DNA of 64,000 bases from Octopus sinensis (Eukaryota): positions 1 through 64,000 of the forward strand of contig NW_021833038.1 in NCBI RefSeq assembly GCF_006345805.1, given 5' to 3'. Below the pieces are notes generated by a model. That model searched no databases. It was not told the DNA's origin and saw only the letters and a program-made list of their open reading frames with translations. This document shows, piece by piece, positions 13,268-26,281 of this stretch (the stretch's first letter is position 1; every line of letters begins with the position of its first letter). A program made the position numbers and the translations under genes.

Positions 13268-14230
13268 GAATCCTGTTTATTGGTCACATGCGCTGAAGAA
13301 CTTTCGAGACATTTCAAAAAGAGGAGCAAAACAAATAAAAAAAAAAACAGAAAAAAGTCACAAGAATCGATGCCAGTATTATACCGACAGGTGGAGCTCG
13401 TCAAGAAAGCCGACAACAGATCCAGAGTTATCCCGACCACTGACTTTCAAGTGACCCCACCCAACCGTCGTTCCCCAGTGTACGGCTACGTACTGAGAAT
13501 AAAAGTCATTCATTCGAGTCGTGATCGTTATTTTGACCCATCTTTCAACAAATTCTACTGAGAGAGACTCCTGACTCTTCTTCTTCGCATTCTTCCCCAA
13601 GCGAAACCCTAAAAGATTGATGGTAGTTAAACCGAAGGAAAAAGTGTTTGTCTTCTGTCTTTTGATTCCGCTCAGCACACGATTTCTTTTGCGATGACCA
13701 CCACCAAGAAGGGGATACCTGCCTGTCTTTCCTACACGAAGGAATGCGGCTCGATCTTCATAAACGACTTGATTAATAACTAGATTCATTTTACATCGAC
13801 AGCAGTTTGTTCGGTATAACTCCACCAGTCAGCAATGTTTGAACACTGAGCGAAAAGGTTGCATCTCGGCCAAGCCCTGCAGGCAGCACTTCCCTGTCTA
13901 TAGCGTTTGTCTCCAACGACAATGATTAATTCCCACCCAAGTACCACTGCCAAATAAGGTATTTCTGAAAGCTATAGACAGTCTGCAGACTGAATTCCCT
14001 CTGGAACAAAAGACACAAAGGAATCGCATCTATATCCAGTGTTTCTCGGAGAAGCACTAGATGTCATAACGTTTCCCACCTCTACTTCTTCATATATGTT
14101 AACGAACGAGTTACACTGAGCCAATTGCTTCACAACTTGAGAGACGTCAACAACAGATAGTATTCCTGATGTCAGGCGCAATGTCTTAGTCTTTGCTCAC
14201 TCCGGGATAACAGTTCCATCCAAGAGTTGA
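13268..14230 (-). pseudogene. Old Tx1/L1-clade LINE 3' remnant
   Basis: Frames give QKYLIWQWYLG, VQTLLTGGVIPNKLLS region (frameshifted) and KTNTFSFGLTTINLL...ERWVKITITTRMND, matching ETNTFLSGQSLINFF...KRWVNVARMARMND of the 59.8-kb LINE; 3' end CAGCGCATGTGACCAATAAA. Confidence 0.7.
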
Positions 14231-14250
14231 GTCTGACAAATAGCGATCCC

Positions 14251-14625
14251 TTTTACTCTTTTACTTCTTTCAGTCATTTGACTATGGCCATGCTGGAGCA
14301 CCGCCTTTAGTCGAGCAAACCTAGTACTTATTCTATCGGTTTCTTTTGCCGAACCGCTAAGTTACGGGGACGTAAACACACCAGCATCGGTTGCCAAGCG
14401 ATGTTGGGGGGGGAACACAGACACATAAACACATACACACGCACACACATATATATGCATATATACGACGAGATTCTTTCAGTTTCCCTCTACCAAATCC
14501 ACTCACAAGGCTTTGGTTGGCCCGAGGCTATAGTAGAAGACACTTGCCTAAGGTGCCACGTAGTGGGACTGAACCCAGACCCATGTGGTTGGTACGCAAG
14601 CTACTTACCACACAGCCACTCCCAC
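14251..14625 (-). mobile_element. SINE family B
   Basis: Reverse complement of the 34462 copy with a small deletion. Confidence 0.9.
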
Positions 14626-15629
14626 GTCTACTCCTGCTCACTTTTTCCGAACCTCTGGGTAGATAGTGCTACTTCAGTGCCCAACTGGGTATCGTTATCT
14701 AAGGAATAACCAGCGCTTTGCACAGAGTGAGTTGGCAGCGAACGGAATGCCTGACCATTATGCTTGACTCCAACTGCTTTTTCTGTTTGACATGTACACC
14801 ATTTGTCAAGTGCGCCATCTACTTCTCTATTTCCCTCGTGCATTTGTTGGGTTGTCGGTTGTGGTGGTGTAACGACGGTTTCGGATGTTGACTAGCGATG
14901 GTGGTGGTGGTGTTATAGGTGATTGTGATGTTGTTGAGGTTGGCAGGAACACCGGTGCCGATGCTTGTGTACTTATAGAAAAGGTAAACTAATGATGATG
15001 CTTGTGTCTCAGTGGTGGTGGTGGTGGTGGTGGTGGTGTGTGCCGTGGTTGGTACGGTGATAAATAACGAAGTTAAGTAGAAAGCTGATTACTGTAATCT
15101 CCGGCGGGAAAATAGGAAATCTTGGAATATTGGTCGTTAAGGAAAATAAGTGGATTGATTTGTTGCCATGGATACTGATTGATGACCATTCGGTCATCAA
15201 TCAGTAGCCACGAAGTATCCACTGCGAATCTCTATGAGTGTGTATGTGTGTGTGTGTGCATGTGTGTGAGAGAGAGTGTTGGTTATGCAATGTCAATATG
15301 TGTATATAGGTTTGTGTATCTGTATCTCTGTGCTTCTATTTCCGTATGTCTGTCACGTGTGTGTGTGCGTGTGTGTATTTGTGTGTGTCCTAGTGTGTGT
15401 GTTAGTGTGTGTGTGTGTGGGTGTGGGTGTTAGTGTGTGTGTTTGTGTGTGTGTATGTATGTGGGGGGGGGTTAGTGGCTGTGGGTGTGTGTGTGTGTGA
15501 GTGCGTGTGTGTGTCTCTGTGTCTGCTAGAAGCAGAGGAAGTGAATGTGGCTGGGCGTCTGTGTGTGCATGATGTGTATGTGTCAGCCTTCTGTCTTTAC
15601 GTGCGTGTTTTTGTGTCCCTGTGTATCTA

Positions 15630-15662
<33 letters not shown>

Positions 15663-15775
15663 TTATGTTTGTATGTGTATGTTTTTGTATCCATGTATGT
15701 GTGTGTATGTAGAACCTGTATGTCAGTGTACGTCACTGTGTCTCTCTTTCAGCGTGTTCATGTGTGTGTACATGT

Positions 15776-15809
<34 letters not shown>

Positions 15810-16547
15810 TGTCTGTGTTTGAGAGTGGGGGTAAGAGAGAGAGGGGCGGAACAAAAATGAAGATGAAACAAATAACGTCATTTAACCACAGTCCAACCTT
15901 CACTAAACAATCCGCTATCATCAATAACGTCCCAAACATGACCATCCCACAGGATATTTCAAACAAACAAATTACTAACAACTTCACTTTGCAATCGTGA
16001 GGTGCCGCGATCGATTCCACGGCGTGATATCTTTGGCACGTGCATTTTACTATAACATTGAGTGACGCCAAGAGTTTTCGGGGAAATTAGGTCATCGGAA
16101 AAATGCTATGAAAAATGACCGTTAAACAAAAGGAAATTACTGTGTGGTTGACCGTTATTAAGACAAATGAGCTATTCGAATGACCGCTGAGTGAGGGAAG
16201 GGAGTAAAAGTCAAGGGGGTAAAAGAGTTCATAGTATTCGCGTAAGCGAGCGTGTTCATACCTACACATGCGCGCCCGCACACCCGCGTGCGTGCGTGCG
16301 TCTAAAAGTATACATATATAATTGCCAACCAATTGTGGCGTCCTATATGGGACAGTGCTACTGGCATTTATAGCCCCAGGAAAACATCTCTTCCAGCTGG
16401 CTAACGGCACGCATTCTGTGTCCGATTAGTATTTGTGGGGGGAGGTCATCGCTCCCATTCCTAGCCTTACGTGATACACACGGATTCATGTTTCTGTATG
16501 GTTACCTGTCCTCAGCGTGTGTTAATAACCAGCTAGTGATGAAATGC

Positions 16548-16678
16548 CTGTGTGTGCTGTAAGAATCTTGCTTCCTAAGTCCTTGTTTCTGGGTTCAGTT
16601 CCACTGTGTGACACCTACTATAACCTCAGGCCGACCAAAACCTTCAGAATGAATTTGATGGATGGAAATTGCAAAGAA

Positions 16679-16711
<33 letters not shown>

Positions 16712-16890
16712 CTTTGTGTCTGTATTTGTCCCCTGCTGCTGCCTAACAACCGGTATCGGTGTGTTTACGTCTCTGTAATCTTCAGAACAGACCGACAGAA
16801 CAAGTAACAGAATTTTACTGAAAATTCTTGAAGTTAGTGCCCCAGCATGGCCGCAGTGCATTGACTGAAACAAGAAAAAGAGAAACGGTA
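16548..16890 (+). mobile_element. Diverged SINE family B
   Basis: GGGTTCAGTTCCACTG head and GTGCCCCAGCATGGCCGCAG...GACTGAAACAAG tail. Confidence 0.75.
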
Positions 16891-17619
16891 AATGATAGAC
16901 TCAGAAATGGGGTGATTTCTAAGAACGGGGAAAATCAGCCATCACCCGGGCGGGAATCGAAACCGATCTGGGATATTCAGAAGGAGCAATATCGTCATTT
17001 GGTTACCATGGAGAGAAATGTAGTGATTATTATCTGGTTGCTATGGTGACAGATCGACAGGAGTAGGGGTAGCGGGTGAAAAGATGAAAGTAAAAAGGGA
17101 AGAAGAGGAGGAAGAATATAATGGAAGACGGTGTAAGTCGTTGTTGCCATGTTGATGGATTGGCAGAGGAACAAAACCGTTGTCATGGAAACGGGAAAAT
17201 CGATAAAAAAAATGTGGGGAGAAAGCGAAATAGATTCGGTGTTCAATCAAGCATCTTTTGTGTTTGTTTGTTTTTACGTTTGTTGTTGCCTGTTGTTGTT
17301 GTTTTGTTTTGCTTTTTTTTGTTTTTGTTTTTGCAATACAACTGCGATATATCATTATATTATATGATGTACTCCGGTTGATATCTTTATCGCACATTAT
17401 TAAACCGCATTTGTTGTGTGTGAAACGCGGAAAGAGGATGGTTTAAGCAGCCACCATGTTATTTTATATTAGATGATTATCACGTGATTATCATGTGACA
17501 GTTTCATGTCAAAGCAGATTATCGATTGACCGATGCCATATGTGATATAATAATGATCCACGATCTCCAAACGGAATCGAGTACGCGTTTTATTTTCGTT
17601 TATTATTTAAAGAACATAA

Positions 17620-17945
17620 GGCAGCAAGCTAGCAAAATCGTTAGCACGCCGGACAAAATGCTTAGCGGCATTTCGTCCGTCATTAGGTTTTGAGTTCAAA
17701 TTCTGCTGCGATCAATGTTGCTTTTCATCAAACAAAGTACCACTCATATACTAAACTCGATGTAATCGATATCCGCTCCCCTCAAAAAATTGCTGGCCCT
17801 GTGCCAATATTTTAAAATCATTATTTAAACTACGTTAGGCGGCGAGCGGGCAGGGTTCGCGGCATGTCGTCCATCTTTACGGTTTGAGTTCAAACACCAC
17901 TGAGGACAGCTTCGTCTTCCACAACTTTCACGGTCGACCAAATTC
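17620..17945 (+). mobile_element. Two diverged SINE family A copies
   Basis: GCAAGCTAGCAAAATCGTTAGCACGCCGG and GGCGGCGAGCGGGCAG heads with GAGTTCAAA B-boxes. Confidence 0.7.
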
Positions 17946-18301
17946 AGTGATGAAGAGGACTCGATCTAATTGACTTCTCCAATCCAAATGCAGTAGAACG
18001 AAATCCGAAACTGTGAGGCTGGGAATCAAAATCTGTATGTATGTATGTATGTATGTATGTATGTATGTATATGTATGTATGTATGTATATGTATGTATGT
18101 ATGTACGTACGTACGTATGTATGTATGCATGTATGTGTGTATGTATGCATGTATATGTATGTATGTATGTGTATATATGTATGTATGTTTGTATGTATGT
18201 ATGTATTTATGTATGTATGTATGTGTGTATGTATGTGTGTATGTATGTAAGCATGTATGTATATATGTATGTATGTATGTATATTATTATCTCTCCGCCT
18301 C

Positions 18302-18570
18302 TTACGACGACGAGGGTTTCAGTTGATCCGATGAACGGAACAGCCTGCTCGTGAAATCAACCTGCAAGCGGCTGAGTACTCCACAGACAAGCATATCCTT
18401 AACGTAGTTCTCAACAAGAGTTAGCATGACACAGAATGTGACAAGACTGGCCCTTTGCGAATTACAGGTACTAATCATTTTTGGCAACTGAATGAACTGG
18501 AGCAACGCGAAATCAAGTGTCTTGCCACCGGGAATCGAACTCACGGTCTTACGGCCCTAACAACTAAGAA
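18302..18570 (-). mobile_element. SINE family D
   Basis: Reverse complement of 708-1022 (GAACTGGAGCAACG, GCCTGCTCGTGAAAT). Confidence 0.8.
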
Positions 18571-19105
18571 CGTTGCCGGACACAAGAATTGAACACGCGA
18601 ATTTAGGATTTGTGAGTCGAACACCGTCACTGCCCGAGCAGGCGTCGCCTCGGTATTTCCTGCTGTTACACACGTCGTGGATCGGAAGCATCGGATCGGC
18701 GTTGTGTGGATGAGGTGACTTTTGACATATCTTAAAACACTGAGATATGAGGAAATATAATTGTTGTATGCCTTAATATGAAATGATATCCCTCAGATAC
18801 GATATATTAGATCGTACTAATGGACGCTTGTCGTTGCAACGGTGGGATCTATTTATTTATGGCAAATCTATTCGATAGCAATTGAGACTGAGTGAAGACA
18901 GCTTTGACAGTTTTGATCGATATTTATATTATATGATATCCTGTGGATATCCTATATTAAATCATCTCTCTTTTCGGACGCTCAGCCGATCGTTTACATT
19001 GTTCAGATTTATCTTCCTTTAATATGATATCCTACGATAACCTACAGAGTTGTTTTTAATATTAAGTCACTGAAGAAACAAAGGGATTACACTGATAACC
19101 ATAAA

Positions 19106-19138
<33 letters not shown>

Positions 19139-19180
19139 TGTATGTATGCATGTATGTATGTATGTATATATATATATATC

Positions 19181-19212
<32 letters not shown>

Positions 19213-19749
19213 TATAATATATATATATATATATATGGCCGGTAGAGCGTCAGGAAAATAATTTATTTTATTCGTTCGGACTGTTTATATTCTGCGTAGG
19301 AATCCCGTTGCGGTCAACTATTAACGATCCTCATTTCAGGATCGATAAAATAGCGTAACAGTCCAAATCACGGTATCGATACGACCGACAAAGCCCTTCT
19401 CTTGAAAACTGCTTCCCTTGTGCCTGAATCGGAAACCATTATTGCAGCTCTTTTGCGTTCTGAGTTCAATCCCGCCGAAGTCAACTCTGCCTTTCCGGGG
19501 TTGATATAATAAAGTACCAGTCATGTGCTGGGGACGGTGATATCAACCAGACACCTCACTGCAAAATTGCTGGCCTTATGCGTAAAATAGAAACATACTC
19601 CCTCCCCCATTTTCTGATGCTTAATTACCCACCCACCCACCTCTTTTTCTTTCTTTGTTCTTTCCTTGGTGCAATGGTAATGGAGGATTTTCTCGATAGT
19701 TTCAGCTTTTACACTTTTAATGTCTTTCATTCTCTTCTTCCTGTGAAAC

Positions 19750-20130
19750 GATGTTGTTAACGTGAATAAACAAGTTTATTTGCTGCGGGAAAGTGAGAAA
19801 GTCATTGACGTTTCAAGCCTACGCTCTTCGGGAGAAAGGAACACGAGAAAATAAACAGAGAGAATAAAAAAAGAATCTTTAATAGCTAGCGGTCAATCAT
19901 ATATTTATATATATATATATATATTATAGTGAATCCAAACAAACCACAACAAGCAAGATAAAATCAAAAACACGAGGACGTGGTACAAGTGCTGTATTAT
20001 CAGACGCATAGGGAAGGAATGAAAGATGATTTAACGTTTCGAGAAAAACTCATCTTCAGAAATAGAGAAAAGTCCAAAGGAAGGGAAGACGGAGGAAGAA
20101 AATCGCCAACGATACACACGTGGTTACATT
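19750..20130 (-). mobile_element. Penelope-type terminal repeat remnant with two hammerhead motifs
   Basis: Minus strand: ATTT-CTGAAGA-T-GAG-TTTTT-CTC-GAAAC-GTT-AAAT (20029-20063), and a degenerate ...A-GAGC-GTAG-GCTT-GAAAC-GTC (19803-19838). Confidence 0.55.
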
Positions 20131-20429
20131 ATATATATGACTGTTAAGTTGATCGATGCAGCTGAAAAGTGTTAGTTGAACCGACGGAGATCCATTCTAT
20201 TTATCTTTGCATATTCCACTATCATATTTTCAAAATTCGATAAGCTATTGTCTATTCTATTGAGTATTTAGTTTTTTATCAATAGATATCTTTGATCTTT
20301 TTCACTCGACTCACCTACCGCAGAATATTGATGAGGACAACGAGGAGGAAGAGCGGGATGCGGAGGAGGAGGAGAGAAGGGGAGGCGAGAAAAGGAAGGC
20401 TGAGAAAAATTATCAGTAATGATGATGAC

Positions 20430-21261
20430 GATGGTGGTGGTGGAGGGTGGTGGTGGTGGTGGTGGTGGTGATGGTGGTGATGGTGATGATGATGAGGATA
20501 ACGATGATGATGATGATGATGATCGTGGTTGTGGGGGTTTGTGGTGGTGGTGGTGGTGGGGATGATGATGATGATAATGGTGATAGTGTTGATGATGATG
20601 ATGGTTGTGGGGGTTTGTGGTGGTGGTGGTGGGGATGATGATGATGACGATGTCAATGATGATGATGATGATACTGGTTGTGACGGTTATGTTGGTGATG
20701 ATGCTGATGATGGTGGTGGTGGTGGTGGTGGTGGTGATGTTGAAAATAGTGGTACTGGTGAGGAGGTTGTTGACAATGTCAAAGATGTTAATGTCGATGA
20801 TGATGATGATGAAGCGGAGGAAGAAGAGGGAGAGGGAAGAAGAAAGATGGAGGATGTAGTGATAATGATAGTGGTCATGATGATGATAGTCGTAATGGTG
20901 GTTCTGTTGATGAGGAGGAAGGCATTTTCATCATCATCCTCATCATCACCATCACCACCACTACCATTCACCTCTTCCCCCTTCTCCTCTACCTCATCCA
21001 CCTCATCATCATCATCGTCCACTGTAATGATCATCATCATGATAATGATGAAGATGACGACGACGACGACTATGATGATGATGATGATGAACATGATGAT
21101 GATGATGATGATGATGATGACGATGATGATGATGATGATGATGTTGATGATGATGATGATGATGATGATGGTGGTGATGATGATGATGATGATTATGATG
21201 ATGATGATGATGATAATGATGAACATGATGATGATGATGATGATGATGATGACGATGATGA

Positions 21262-21316
<55 letters not shown>

Positions 21317-21345
21317 CGATGATGCTGATGATGATGATGATGATT
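20430..21345. repeat. Compound (GGT)n/(GAT)n/(TCA)n trinucleotide microsatellite block
   Basis: Direct inspection; source of the poly-Met, poly-Asp and poly-His ORFs. Confidence 0.95.
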
Positions 21346-21815
21346 CTTATACCAATCTCTCCTCTCCCCACTCCACATCGGCCCAACTCCTTTGATGCTA
21401 TTTTTTTCAGACAACAACACTTTTGTTTCAGTCTTATCTCTCCACTTCCATCATGGTACAACTCCCCGCTCTCCCTCTCTGCATATATATATATATGTGT
21501 ATATACATATATACATGCATATATATATATGTATATATATATATGTATATACAGAAAGAGAGAGAGAGAAAGACACACACACACACATTTATATTCATGC
21601 ATATGTATACACGAGCACACATGTATGGGTTTATACATACATGAATGTATGTATGTGCGTATTTATGTATGTCGTCTAATTTCCGCTTCACATGGATGTG
21701 TGTATGCGTGGCTGGTGTGTTGTGTGTGTCTACGTCCGTGAAACGGAATGCATGTGTATGTAGATGAGTTTATATTTACGTGTATCATATATGAGTTTAT
21801 ATGCCCAAGCATTTA

Positions 21816-21858
<43 letters not shown>

Positions 21859-22364
21859 TATATGTATACATATACATATATATATATATATGTATACATA
21901 TACATATATATATATATATATATCCATATACGTATATACATATGTGTGTGTGTGTCCTCCATCAAATATTGACACACAGGCGGAGTCTGCTGGTGCCATT
22001 TCAATATTCTGTAGAATGCTGGGTATAACATAGGAGATAAGGGGGTGGGGTGAAGAGGTGCAAACGTACTTATTTAACCTCCATTCACCGTCTCCCCCAA
22101 CACCACCTCCACCCTTATATGTCAATCCGATAACAGAATCAATATGGCGTCAACAAATAAATATGAGGTGATAGTGGTGGTGAGAGTGGTGGTAGTGGTA
22201 GTGGTGACAGTGATGGTTGCGGTAGTGGATGTGGTGGTGGTGGTGGTGGTGGTGGTGTTAGGATTTTGTCGTTTTTTGTTCTATTTTTTAATAATTGCTC
22301 ATGTTTCTATTTTTTGTTATCATAGTTGTGTTTTTATATTTTTATGGATGCTGTTGTTGTTATT

Positions 22365-22560
22365 TAACCCCAGGTGATTCCATTCCGAGCAGATCTATCT
22401 ATGATCCAGTGTATTCCGTCCACGACTATCATGTCTTTTTCTTTCATTCAAGTACAGTTCATTGAAGGACTTCCCTCTTTAATGAAAAAGTAGGCCGTTA
22501 TATGAGTCATTTGGCTACTGTTTCTAGCAGGTTCTGCAATTATGTAACGGCTCCCTTTGT
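22365..22560 (+). repeat. Interspersed repeat family E (fragments also at ~33490-33560, 33770-33900, 45780-46030, 50550-50900)
   Basis: Recurrent motifs TTTAACCCCAGGT...TATGATC and GGCT(A/G)CT(G/A)TTTCTAGCAG. Confidence 0.5.
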
Positions 22561-22764
22561 ATCGGTTCTTGTTTTGCCTTAGAACAAGCAACAACAACAT
22601 TAATAGCAAACGGCGTTCCATTAGTGACCATCCAGAAGTAGTGCTTCCTGAGCAACATTAGGAAATATGTCGCTTTGGTAAGACATTCGAATGTGATAAA
22701 AAGTTTAACTATTTCTAGCAGGCGTACTGATCATATACAAACACCTTGTTGAGTTTAAAGCAGA

Positions 22765-22825
<61 letters not shown>

Positions 22826-22964
22826 TGGTGGTTGTTGTTGTTGTTGTTGTGACTGTTGTTGTGGTGGCGGTTATTGTTGTTGTTCATGTAAATGATGTTG
22901 ATGATTGTGATGATTAAATGACCTGATAAATATACGTTTATATATATATGTGTGTGTGTGTGTG

Positions 22965-23100
22965 TATCACATGGTTCCTGGTTCAGTCCCAATGCGTGTT
23001 TCCCTTGGGCAAGTATCTTCTACTATAGCCTCAGGCCGACCAAAGCTTTGTGAGTGGATTTGGTAGACGGAAACTGAAAGAAGCCCGTCGTATATATGTA
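22965..23100 (+). mobile_element. Partial SINE family B
   Basis: CACATGGTTCCTGGTTCAGTCCC...GGAAACTGAAAGAAGCCCGTCG. Confidence 0.85.
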
Positions 23101-23717
23101 TGTATATGTATGTGTGTGTGCGTGTGTGTGTGTGAGTGTGTGTGTGTGTGTATAGGCAAAAAGACAAAAACAAGAGGGATATGTTTTAACGTGGCTGTTA
23201 TTAGTGTGACGGATGAAAGGAAAGAAAACAGTCTTTGACGTTTCGAATGCTAGACCTTCATCGCACAAGTTAAGAAAAGGAAGGATAGGAAATTGAAGGA
23301 GGAGGAGGAGGAGGAGGAGGAGGAAGCGGAGGAGGAGGAGGAAAGATGATAGGAAAGAAAGCAAAACGTTTCAGGTTCCAGGTGAGAATGCAGTTCTATA
23401 GGTAAGAATTAGAAAGAAGTGGAGGTGGTGTGTGCACGTATAGAGGGGATCTGTTTATAGGGATGGGCTTTGGGGGTGTGGAGGTGCCCGGTGAAGGTGG
23501 TTTCTTGGTGTGTGTGGAGGTGTGCAAATGTTGGAGGATAGTGATATGGGGTAGTGAGGGTGTGGAAGGTTGGTGAATAGGGGACATGAAGGCGTGGTGA
23601 GGGTGAACGGGAATGTAAGAAAACCAAGGGAGAAAACTGCATATTTAGCGGGGCGATATATATATACATATAATATATTTATATTTATATATATATATAT
23701 ATATATATTATTATATA

Positions 23718-24136
23718 TATATGAATAAATGAAAGAAGGAGTCGAACGAAGATGTTACAAAATTCTTTTACTCTCGACACATGTTTCGAAGACAGCATAT
23801 TTTCATTCCGAAGGAATAAGGGTACATTATGCAATCTTCTCATCAGGAAGAAAAGGAGCCTCTCTCAACAACAAGACAACAAAAATTTCGATGATTGCTA
23901 GGAATGAAAATATGCTGTCTTCGAAACATGTATCGAGAGTAAAGGAATTTTGTTACATCTTCGTTCGACTCCATTCTTTCATTTATTCATATACAAAACA
24001 CAAATTTCTACACATGAACCGGAGTTCTACATTGTCAGGTCGCTTCAACCGTGTTTTCTGACGTGAATTGCTACCCGGTTTCGGTTAAACGAATTTTCCA
24101 TGCTGACGATAAAATAGGATAATTCATTCACCTACT
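23718..24136. mobile_element. Fold-back insert with ~92-bp near-perfect inverted arms (23718-23809 / 23901-23993)
   Basis: GAAGGAGTCGAACGAAGATGTTACAAAATT...TTTTCATTCC mirrored by GGAATGAAAA...TTCGTTCGACTCCATTC; (AT)-rich tracts on both flanks. Confidence 0.85.
23771..23850 (-). ncRNA. Type I hammerhead ribozyme motif
   Basis: CTGATGA; stem II GAAGA/TCTTC with G-C closing pair plus GCATA/TATGC; GAAAC-ATGT-GTC triplet; stem I only ~3 bp. Confidence 0.7.
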
Positions 24137-24270
24137 TATATATATATATATAATATATATATACGTTTAAATATTGACGTTTTTATAAAAACACACACAC
24201 TATATATTTGGTGTTATTTTGCTTCAGTGATATTTATTGGCTAAACTGGCATATGACCATTCCGAAATAT

Positions 24271-24337
<67 letters not shown>

Positions 24338-24537
24338 TATATATATATTATATAAAAGGGCTTATAAAATAATTACTTTGCCGCATACTGAACTCGTTAG
24401 AAATAGCAGCTAAAAAAAAACTTTTTATAAAACTATTTCTAACACTTAAAGAAAACCTCTCTCATATAGTGTTTGCTCAATTCAACTCAAGGAAGTATGG
24501 GGGTAGAGACATTAAAAAATCAAATGCAAAGGTTATT

Positions 24538-24590
24538 TGAGTACGTACGTTTCAAGATTAGTCAAAATCGACCCTCTCTCATCAGCCTCA
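24538..24590 (-). ncRNA. Type I hammerhead motif, unit 1
   Basis: Reverse complement reads TGAG-G-CTGATGA-GAGAGGGTCGATTTTGACTAATCTT-GAAAC-GTAC-GTA-CTCA. Confidence 0.7.
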
Positions 24591-25099
24591 GAATGCCCTT
24601 GTTTGAATCTTGAAAACACTGAAAATGGGAGCATACCCTTGCGGCTTGTTATCGCTTCTGAAGATCTGTTCCAAACTAACAGTGCCAACAAACTCAAATA
24701 TGCAAGCGAAGAATTTCTGCTCTCCCCTTTCCACCAGCGTGGGTTAAAATCAGCAACACTATGTTTTTTTCGGTAAAAAAATCCGAGACATTAAGTAGAG
24801 AGAGATGAATTATAATTTCAACAATTGAGGGTAAAATTAATTAATTAATTAATCAATTTCACCAAGTATTCAGTATGCAAAGGGACCATTTAAGGCGAAT
24901 TCAATTATTACATTATATAAAAGGGCTTAGTAAAATAAATTACTTTGCCGCATACTGAACTCGTTAGAATAGCAGCTAAAAAAACTTTTTATAAAACTAT
25001 TTCTAACACTTAAAGAAAACCTCTCTCATATAGTGTTTGCTCAATTCAACTCAAGGAAGTATGGGGGTAGAGACATTAAAAAATCAAATGCAAAGTTTT

Positions 25100-25151
25100 T
25101 GAGTACGTACGTTTCAGATTAGTCAAAATCGACCCTTCTCTCATCAGCTCA
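25100..25151 (-). ncRNA. Type I hammerhead motif, unit 2
   Basis: Reverse complement reads TGAG-CTGATGA-GAGAAGGGTCGATTTTGACTAATCT-GAAAC-GTAC-GTA-CTCA. Confidence 0.7.
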
Positions 25152-25949
25152 GAATGCCCTTGTTTGAATCGAAAACACTGAAAATGGGGAGCCATACCCT
25201 TTCGGTTGTTATCGCTTCTGAAGATCTGTTCCAAACTACAGTGCCAACAAACTCAAATATGCAAGCGAAGAATTTCTCTCTCCCCTTTCCACAGCGTGGT
25301 TAAAAATAGGTCAAACACTATGTTTTTTCGTAAAATCCGAGACATTAAGTAGAGAGAGATGAATTATAATTCAACAATTGAGGGTAAAATTAATTAATTA
25401 ATTAATCAATTTCACCAAGTATTCAGTATGCAAAGGGACCATTTAAGGCGAATTCAAATTATTACATTATATAAAAGGGCTTAGTAAAATAAATTACTTT
25501 GCCGCATACTGAACTCGTTAGAAATAGCAGCTAAAAAAACTTTTTATAAAACTTTTTCTAACACTATTTCTAACACTATTTCTAACGAGTTCAGTATGCG
25601 GCAAAGTAATTTATTTTACTAAGCCCTTTTATATAATGTAATAATTTGAATTCGCCTTAAATGGTCCTTTGCATACTGAATACTTGGTGAAATTGATTAA
25701 TTAATTAATTAATTTTACCCTCAATTGTTGAAATTATAATTCATCTCTCTCTACTTAATGTCTCGGATACCGAAAAAAACATAGGTTTGCTGATTTTAAC
25801 CCACGCTGGTGGAAAGGGGAGAGCAAAATTCTTCGCTTGCATATTTGAGTTTGTTGGCACTGTTAGTTGGAACAGATCTTCAGAAGCGATAACAAGCCGA
25901 AGGGTTATGCTCCCATTTTCAGTGTTTTCAGATTCAAACAAGGGCATTC

Positions 25950-26002
25950 TGAGCTGATGAGAGAAGGGTCGATTTTGACTAATCTTGAAACGTACGTACT
26001 CA
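25950..26002 (+). ncRNA. Type I hammerhead motif, inverted unit
   Basis: Stem I TGAG/CTCA; core CTGATGA 25954-25960; stem II GAGA/TCTT plus GTC/GAC; GAAA 25987-25990; palindromic stem III ACGTACGT; GTA triplet 25996-25998. Confidence 0.75.
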
Positions 26003-26281
26003 AATAACCTTTGCATTTGATTTTTTAATGTTCTACCCCCATACTTCCTTGAGTTGAATTGAGCAAACACTATATGAGAGAGTTTTCTTTAAGTGTTAGA
26101 AATAGTTTTATAAAAAGTTTTTTTAGCTGCTATTTCTAACGAGTTCAGTATGCGGCAAAGTAATTTATTTTACTAAGCCCTTTTATATAATGTAATAATT
26201 TGAATTCGCCTTAAATGGTCCCTTTGCATACTGAATACTTGGTGAAATTGATTAATTAATTAATTAATTTTACCCTCAATT

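Noticed and set aside
14628-14843. 71-aa non-repetitive ORF
   Set aside because: No recognisable motif or splice signals, and it runs into a SINE
20315-20399. Minus-strand exon with AG/GTGAGT donor
   Set aside because: Low-complexity content beside a microsatellite block; splice-like motifs are expected by chance
20529-21395. 288-aa ORF and similar long ORFs (29512-30246, 41562-42197, 53109-53792 and others)
   Set aside because: These are translations of tri-, tetra- and dinucleotide microsatellites with no complexity or homology
23231-23270. Additional hammerhead-like relics (also ~4812-4845 and ~45590-45640)
   Set aside because: Core or stems too mutated to call individually
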